From positions 8,982-72,981 of the forward strand of contig CAMAQA010000003.1 in NCBI GenBank assembly GCA_945860415.1: a stretch of 64,000 bases of DNA. Direction: 5' to 3'. Every line of letters starts with the position of its first letter. Position 1 is the first letter of the stretch. The notes beneath the pieces were generated by a model. That model saw only the letters and a program-made list of their open reading frames with translations. It searched no databases and was not told where the DNA came from. This document shows, piece by piece, positions 58,329 to 64,000 of the stretch. Source of the stretch: Bacteriovorax stolpii. Its GTDB lineage: Bacteria > Bdellovibrionota > UBA1018. A program made the translations under genes and the position numbers.

Positions 58329-59078
58329 ATGAACAATTTCTTTTCGATGTCGATGCTGGCCCTGATCATCGGATGGAGCATTCCTGGCGGTGCGTTCGCC
58401 GAATCCAAAACAGCGCCCAAGTATGGGCCTGAGGCCTCGCGGCTGTATTCGCACCACACCTACGTCCAAAAAAATCCGGCGCCTGACTTCTGGGCCCTCA
58501 TTCCCCATTACGTGCAACAGCAGACCGGAAGTGCCTGCTCGATCGCCAGCGCAACGATGATCCTGAACGGCATTCGCGCTCCGGAAAACCTGACCTCATC
58601 AATTGAGCTCTTTACCCAGAATTCCGTCCTCGATCGCACCGGAAATTCCAAATGGAAGAAAGCAGTTGGAAAGATGGGCGGAGGCACCACGCTCGAAGAG
58701 CTGCGAGGATACCTTGCAGAGGCGCTCGAGAAGTTGAGCCTGAAAGACTGGCAGGTCGAGGCCATTCACGCTGATGGCGGTCCGGAGTTCGCCCGGCGAG
58801 TCCGCGAGCTTCTCACGGAAAATGAGAGATCGGATCGCAGCTTCATCATCACCAATTACCTGCAGAACGTGCTGACCGGAGACCCGGAGGGAGCCGTCGG
58901 ACATGTTGCTCCGATTGCAGCGTATGACGCGAAGTCCGAAAAGGTGCTCGTGATGGATCCTGACCGAGAGTACTACGAGCCCTACTGGGTCAGCGAAGCT
59001 GCGTTCATCCGGTCCATGAACACCGTTGACAAGGTCAGCGGAAAGACCCGTGGACTGCTCTGGATTCGGCAGAAATGA
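58329..59078 (+). CDS. Secreted phytochelatin-synthase-like papain-fold protein (bacterial PCS/glutathione-hydrolase-like)
   Basis: Signal peptide MNNFFSMSMLALIIGWSIPGGAFA. QQTGSACSIASATMILN has the Cys nucleophile context. GHVAPIAAYD...VLVMDP carries the His/Asp, paralleling GHFSPIGGY...VLILD of PCS. Confidence 0.65.
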   Translation: MNNFFSMSMLALIIGWSIPGGAFAESKTAPKYGPEASRLYSHHTYVQKNPAPDFWALIPHYVQQQTGSACSIASATMILNGIRAPENLTSSIELFTQNSVLDRTGNSKWKKAVGKMGGGTTLEELRGYLAEALEKLSLKDWQVEAIHADGGPEFARRVRELLTENERSDRSFIITNYLQNVLTGDPEGAVGHVAPIAAYDAKSEKVLVMDPDREYYEPYWVSEAAFIRSMNTVDKVSGKTRGLLWIRQK

Positions 59079-59678
59079 ACTCGCTCCGAGTACAAGCCGT
59101 TTCAACGCCGATCTTTCAGCCAGGCCATGACCTCCTGCAATTCGTGGTCTCCGCTCTCGAGTCGTCCCGGCGAAATCTGGAGGGATGCTGCCTCGTGATC
59201 AGCTCGAAGATCGTGAGCCTGGCGGAGTCCCGGCTCGTGCCGAAAGTCGAGACCAGCAAGGCTGCACTCATTCAGCGCGAGGCCGACCAGGTCCTCATGG
59301 ACCTGCCGTATGGCTCAATCCTGACGATCAAGCATGGCCTGCTGATCGCTTCGGCCGGAATCGACGAGTCCCTTGCGCCGAGGAGTCACCGGCGTCTCTC
59401 TCGCGCATCACGGATTTCACGGAGTACGAAACCAGATCGGACAGAAGGACCTCTTCGGAGCACAGCTGAAGATGACCCAGGTCAATGTGGCTGATGCCGT
59501 CGCCGCAGCGGCCGTCTTCTGCATGGGAGAATCCGACGAGCAGACTCCGCTGGCCATCGTCGAGGCACCACTCCAGTATGAAACCCGGCCCACGGTTGCA
59601 CACCGAAACGACTGCATCGTTCCGCTGAGCGAAGACCTTTACTCTCCGCTCCTCCTTCAGAAATCCGAGCCGAACTGA
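59075..59678 (+). pseudogene. CofE/F420-0:gamma-glutamyl-ligase-family gene split by a frameshift near 59375-59395
   Basis: The N-terminal half is in frame 1 (PIFQPGHDL...VISSKIVSLAE...ASAGIDES). The C-terminal half is in another frame (KDLFGAQLKMTQVNVADAVAAAAVFCMGESDEQTPLAIV). Both halves match the CofE-like fold consensus. Confidence 0.5.
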
Positions 59679-61780
59679 GCGGAGAACAGACCCAGCTTTT
59701 CCGAAAAATACGTCAACTGCAGCGCCTGCATCCGGATTCGCTGCTCCAGGTTGGCAGCTCCGGAATGCCCACCCTCGGTGTTCTCATAAAAAAGCACCGG
59801 GTATCCGAGAGACTTGAGCCTGGCTGCCATCTTTCGCGCATGGCCGGGATGAACTCGGTCATCGGCCGTGGAGCCCGTGAAGAAAATTTCAGGATACGCC
59901 TTTCCGGGCGCAACATTCTGGTACGGCGAATACTTTTCCAGGAACGTACGGTCTCGCGGATCGTCCGGGTTTCCGTACTCTCCCATCCAGCTCGCTCCTG
60001 CCAGAAGCCGGTGGTACCGAAGCATGTCGAGCAGCGGAACCGAGCACACCACCGCACCAAAGAGCTCCGGACGCTGGGTGAAGGCAACGCCCACGAGGAG
60101 CCCGCCGTTGCTCCCGCCCTCGATGCCGAGATGGTCAGGGCTGGTGATTCCTCGGCGGATCAGGTCCTCGGCAACGGCATAGAAATCATTGAACGCCACC
60201 TGCCGCCTCTCGCGTCGTGCTGCCTCGTGCCAGGCAGGACCGTACTCTCCGCCTCCCCGAATGTTCGCGACCACGTACACTCCATGGCGCTCGAGCCAGA
60301 TCTTTCCCAAAACCCCTGGATAGAACGGAGTCATCGGGACCATGAAGCCGCCATAGGCTGTCAGGATCGTCGGGTGGGATCCATCGAGCGTCATGTTCCT
60401 GGGCCGTACGATGGAATACGGAATCTGTACGCCGTCGAAAGACGTGGCGAAGTACTGCTCGGTGACCAGCCCGGAGGCATCAAACCGCTCGGGCGCGGAT
60501 TTCAGCGTTCGTGTCGCTCCGGTGGCGAAATTCACGAGCAGTGTCGAGGGAGGTGTCAGGAAATCCTGAAACGAAAGCACTCCCTCGTCGGAACTCTCCC
60601 AGACGGAGGAAAAAGAAATCAGGCCGGACTGCGGCACCGACAATGGATCGAGAGCCCAACCCGAGACACTCCGGGGATCTTCGCGAAGCCGAAAGACTCT
60701 CGATCGAACATGTTCGCGAAGATTGACGATGGCATGATCGCGAGTGACTGCGAGCCCCTGAAGCGATGAGACTGCCGTCGGCTGCCAGGCAATGCGCGCT
60801 CGTGCCAAATCCAGCTGATGCCTGGGGCCAATCGGAATGGAAACCAGCGCACCTGCCCGTGCGAGGCCGGCGGGAAGCGTCCAGTCGATTCTCCGGGAAA
60901 CGAATACCGTGCTTCGAGTGACGCCGAGGAGCTGCACGTCGACAGGCATGATCCAAGGATGCAGGACGCCCGAGGCATCCAGGACCGCCATCTCTCGCGT
61001 GAAAAAATCAATGGCTCGCGTGATCAGGATCGCTGACTGCGAAAAGATCGATGCTACCGATACGGTCACGTCCTTCGACTGGCCTTCAAAGACCAGTTTT
61101 GCAGAGCTCAGGGGCTCGCCCCTCTTCCAGATTCTCACCTGCCGGGGGTAGCCAGAGTCGGTCAGCGATCCGGGCCCGAAGTCGGTTCCGATCGCAAGGT
61201 GATCGGCGTCCATCCAGGCCGTTCCCGTCTTGGCTTCAGGCACGACAAAGCCAGCGCTCACGAAGTCTCTCGCGTTGATGTCGAACTCGCGGATGACCAC
61301 GGCATCGCGGCCACCATCGGAAAGCGACACCAAGCAACGCTCGTATGCAGGAGCCAGGCAATCGAGCCCCTTGTACACCCAGCGTTTCGACTCATTCGCC
61401 GACAAAACATCGAGATCGAGTACCGTCTCCCATACGGGGGATGGCGACTCGTAATTTGCAAGCGTGGTGCGTCGGAGGATTCCCTGAGGATGATCGACGT
61501 CCTGCCAAAAATTATAGACGAAGGATCCGAGCTTCCGAATTCCGGGAATGCGGTCTTTCGCGGTCAGGATGCTACGCGCCTCAGCCTCGAAGGTGCGGTA
61601 GGCAGGATGGGCTTCGAGCCGAGCGCTCGTCGACAGGTTCTGCGACTCGACCCACTGGATTGCGGAATTCCCTCGAATCTCCTCGAGCCAGAGAAAGGGG
61701 TCCTCCAGGCCAAAGGTGGATCCCGAAAGAAGCAGAACGGCGAAAAACCACCCCCACCATCTTCGAAGCAAGCTGCCCAT
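59657..61780 (-). CDS. Prolyl oligopeptidase (S9A) family serine peptidase, secreted
   Basis: N-terminal signal peptide, beta-propeller region, and C-terminal GGSNGGLLVG (GxSxGG nucleophile) and D..V..HG catalytic region. Confidence 0.85.
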   Translation of the reverse strand: MGSLLRRWWGWFFAVLLLSGSTFGLEDPFLWLEEIRGNSAIQWVESQNLSTSARLEAHPAYRTFEAEARSILTAKDRIPGIRKLGSFVYNFWQDVDHPQGILRRTTLANYESPSPVWETVLDLDVLSANESKRWVYKGLDCLAPAYERCLVSLSDGGRDAVVIREFDINARDFVSAGFVVPEAKTGTAWMDADHLAIGTDFGPGSLTDSGYPRQVRIWKRGEPLSSAKLVFEGQSKDVTVSVASIFSQSAILITRAIDFFTREMAVLDASGVLHPWIMPVDVQLLGVTRSTVFVSRRIDWTLPAGLARAGALVSIPIGPRHQLDLARARIAWQPTAVSSLQGLAVTRDHAIVNLREHVRSRVFRLREDPRSVSGWALDPLSVPQSGLISFSSVWESSDEGVLSFQDFLTPPSTLLVNFATGATRTLKSAPERFDASGLVTEQYFATSFDGVQIPYSIVRPRNMTLDGSHPTILTAYGGFMVPMTPFYPGVLGKIWLERHGVYVVANIRGGGEYGPAWHEAARRERRQVAFNDFYAVAEDLIRRGITSPDHLGIEGGSNGGLLVGVAFTQRPELFGAVVCSVPLLDMLRYHRLLAGASWMGEYGNPDDPRDRTFLEKYSPYQNVAPGKAYPEIFFTGSTADDRVHPGHARKMAARLKSLGYPVLFYENTEGGHSGAANLEQRIRMQALQLTYFSEKLGLFSAQFGSDF

Positions 61781-61802
61781 GGAAACAGAGGTATCGCAGC
61801 GA

Positions 61803-62576
61803 TCAGAGCCGCGCCAGAGCTTCCTGAAGGAGAGTCACTGCCGCAACAAGAAGCAGAAAAAAGGCAAATCCGCGACGAAGATTTTCCGGCTGTAACCCTC
61901 GTGCCAGCTTTCGACTCACCACCAGTCCGATCGAAGCGACGCCGACGAAGGCCAGGAGAACCGGAAGCCGAGACGCCGCATCGGCGCTCCAGCCGCTGGC
62001 AAATCCGAGGGCGCTGTTCAGGAAGATCACTGCAAGCGATGTTGCCGCAGCGGCCCTGAAGTTCAGACCCGCCCAGAGGCTCAGGATCGGTACGATCAAA
62101 AATCCGCCTCCTGCTCCGAGCAGCCCGGTCACTCCTCCGACCGCAAACGACCGTACGCCGAACTGTGCCATGGAGACAGGCCTGTCGGACGAATTTGCCG
62201 GGGTCTTTCGCAGCATCGCACGCGCGGCCAGGATCATGAGTGCCGCAAAAGCCAGCATCAGCATGAAGTCGAGACTCGGGGGAATCGAAGGCACGAGCCA
62301 CTTTCTCGCGAGGAGCACGCCCAGACTCGAGGGGATGAAAAATCGCACGGTCCACCGGAGGTCCACCTCACGAGACCGCCACGACTGCACGATTCCAAGA
62401 AGTGCCACAAGCCCGACGATTCCCAGCGAAAGATGCGTGGCCTCGCGAGCGGGAATCTCAAAAAGATAGACGAGCGCCGGGACGGCGAGAATGGCGCCTC
62501 CTGCACCCAGTACCCCGAGGATGCCCCCCACCAGGAGGGCGACCGCGAGGCCGAGAATGACATGAAGCGTGATCAC
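61803..62576 (-). CDS. TauE/SafE (DUF81) family sulfite/sulfur-compound exporter
   Basis: Two internal repeats of 4 TM each, with GxGGG motifs (GVLGAGGAIL, LLGAGGGFL). Confidence 0.85.
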   Translation of the reverse strand: MITLHVILGLAVALLVGGILGVLGAGGAILAVPALVYLFEIPAREATHLSLGIVGLVALLGIVQSWRSREVDLRWTVRFFIPSSLGVLLARKWLVPSIPPSLDFMLMLAFAALMILAARAMLRKTPANSSDRPVSMAQFGVRSFAVGGVTGLLGAGGGFLIVPILSLWAGLNFRAAAATSLAVIFLNSALGFASGWSADAASRLPVLLAFVGVASIGLVVSRKLARGLQPENLRRGFAFFLLLVAAVTLLQEALARL

Positions 62577-63322
62577 TTGAAGTTCTCGAAGAGAGATTCC
62601 TTGAGGATCTTCGGTGAAGGACCGGAATAGGCACCGGCTTCACGAACGAAGGTCTCGCGATCCTGGCTCAGGCTGGCATTTTCCTTGAGCTGCGTGGCCC
62701 ACGAGCTTGCACGCCCACCGGCACCATCATGTCCGGGCAGCATCACCATGTCCGGCGTAGCGTTTGCCTTGATAGTCTGCATCGATTCATAGTGCGCGGC
62801 AGAATCGCCTCCGGGAAGATCATCGCGTCCCGTGTCGGCATAGAGGAGCGTATCAGCACCGAGGATGAAAGGTCCCCAGATCAGCGTGATACAGTCGCCC
62901 GTGTGCCCCGGAGTGCAGAGCAGCTTGAATGGTCCTGCAGCGGTCGAAAGTGCCGTATCGCGCGAGACTCGAATATCCACGCGCCGACTCGGGGCCTTCT
63001 CGTGCTGTATCAGCGGAGACTGGGTGAGCTTGGCCAGATCTGCCGCGTTGGAAATGTGATCGGCATGCGTGTGCGAGTCGACCACGCCAATGAAGCGGTA
63101 GCCCTGCTCCATCAATTTGCGGGACTCAGCGGCAAGCGTCTCCCAGTCCTCGCGCATCGGGTCGATCCACGCGGCCTCTTTCGTCCTCTTGTTCCACATC
63201 AGGTAGGTGCAGTTGTCATCATTCAGCACCAGCCGCATATCCCAGTCCGGCCACTTCGCCGCGAGGTCGAATCGATCAGTGGCGATCTCTGCAAAAGTCT
63301 TGATGCGCGTAGGATGATTCAT
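62573..63322 (-). CDS. MBL-fold metallo-hydrolase, ETHE1/Blh-like persulfide dioxygenase candidate
   Basis: VVDSHTHADHIS (HxHxDH motif) and a distal LPGHD. Confidence 0.75.
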   Translation of the reverse strand: MNHPTRIKTFAEIATDRFDLAAKWPDWDMRLVLNDDNCTYLMWNKRTKEAAWIDPMREDWETLAAESRKLMEQGYRFIGVVDSHTHADHISNAADLAKLTQSPLIQHEKAPSRRVDIRVSRDTALSTAAGPFKLLCTPGHTGDCITLIWGPFILGADTLLYADTGRDDLPGGDSAAHYESMQTIKANATPDMVMLPGHDGAGGRASSWATQLKENASLSQDRETFVREAGAYSGPSPKILKESLFENFK

Positions 63323-63353
63323 AACAAGCCCTCTTTATTCCGGAGTCAGGTCT

Positions 63354-63881
63354 TCAGTTTTGGACAGCGCATGAAGGCAGTGGGACCTCTTTGACGCGAT
63401 TCCAGGGCATCTTCTGAAGAAGGATGGCCATGCCGCAAAATCCGGTCGAACCGGCAACGGTAAGACCAGCACCAACGAACAGAGGCAGGTAAATCCAGTT
63501 CGGATGGACCAGGATGGCCAGGAGCGAGCCTGCCAGGGTGATGAGTCCGGCTCCCAGCTGAACCTGACGCATGAGCGGAAGAACCCGAGTGGCCCTACCC
63601 TCGGTGGGCTTGCCCTGCTTCTTCCACTCGAGGATTCCGCCCGTATAAACCTCAGTCTTCGCAGGATCGATCAGCTGCATGAGCCTGAGCTTTTCATAGG
63701 CGATCTTGGCGCGACCACCGCTCCGGCACATGATCGTGATCGAACAGCTCTTGAGTGGCGTCAGGATGCCGGACGCCACCAGATCCAGCTGCGACAAGGG
63801 CAGATGCAGAGATCCGGGCACTCTCTCCTGCTTGAACTCATCGGCTTCACGAACATCAACCACCAGCTTCTGATTTTCCAT
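63354..63881 (-). CDS. Rhodanese-domain sulfurtransferase fused to a DUF2892-like membrane domain (YgaP-like)
   Basis: Rhodanese active-site loop MCRSGGRA, and 2 C-terminal TM helices. Confidence 0.8.
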   Translation of the reverse strand: MENQKLVVDVREADEFKQERVPGSLHLPLSQLDLVASGILTPLKSCSITIMCRSGGRAKIAYEKLRLMQLIDPAKTEVYTGGILEWKKQGKPTEGRATRVLPLMRQVQLGAGLITLAGSLLAILVHPNWIYLPLFVGAGLTVAGSTGFCGMAILLQKMPWNRVKEVPLPSCAVQN

Positions 63882-63896
63882 GTCTCTTTCCTTTCC

Positions 63897-64000
63897 TTAG
63901 TTCGCCGGATGGCAAAACGTTTCCTTCAGTGTCTTCACTAACTTTCCAATCCGAGGATCCTCGATCCGATAAAAGATCTGCTGTCCGTCCCGGCGGCAGG
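63897..64000 (-). CDS. ArsR/SmtB (BigR-like) family transcriptional regulator, 3' end only (gene continues beyond the window)
   Basis: The C-terminal peptide ...RDGQQIFYRIEDPRIGKLVKTLKETFCHPAN* resembles the ArsR wing and C-terminus. Confidence 0.5.
   Translation of the reverse strand, partial: CRRDGQQIFYRIEDPRIGKLVKTLKETFCHPAN

Overview
High-GC (about 60%) bacterial chromosomal window, most consistent with a Gram-negative from the PVC or Acidobacteria-like groups; this is a weak inference from gene content only. The first ~38 kb is a large cell-envelope polysaccharide locus. It holds a CDP-6-deoxyhexose cassette (rfbF/ddhA, rfbG/ddhB, rfbH/ddhC) followed by an SDR, a ThDP-dependent acetolactate-synthase-like enzyme, and a zinc-ribbon SAM methyltransferase, which together suggest a branched-chain sugar of the yersiniose type. 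It also holds a NeuB-like ulosonic-acid synthase with a HAD phosphatase and an FkbM methyltransferase, gmd, and an rmlB-rmlA-rmlD-rmlC operon. There are many family-2 glycosyltransferases, three of them polyprenyl-phosphate-sugar synthase-like, and at least five polytopic membrane proteins that look like GT-C transferases. A Wzm/Wzt ABC exporter sits with a PhyH dioxygenase, a small methyltransferase, and a deacetylase-GT2 fusion. The rml operon is split by two separate insertions. The first carries an ORF6N protein, an AAA/DUF4143 ATPase, a Phd-Doc toxin-antitoxin pair, and an HTH-HipA kinase, in a low-GC segment. The second carries a further AAA/DUF4143 ATPase. Downstream comes a tightly overlapping minus-strand operon: rne with an extreme low-complexity tail, prmA, a DUF962 gene, purB, and an unexpected 600+ aa MutL/MORC-type GHKL ATPase whose start overlaps the purB stop as ATGA. 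After that lie a nucleoside catabolic operon (deoC-deoB-deoA-punA-cdd plus an amidohydrolase) translationally coupled to a PAS-GGDEF gene, then rplU-rpmA-obg-nadD-rsfS-rlmH. The window ends with a secreted phytochelatin-synthase-like protein, a frameshifted CofE-like gene, a prolyl oligopeptidase, and a BigR-type ArsR/rhodanese/MBL/TauE sulfide-detoxification cluster. No rRNA, tRNA, or CRISPR array was recognised. Most long antisense ORFs in the track are GC-driven artefacts.
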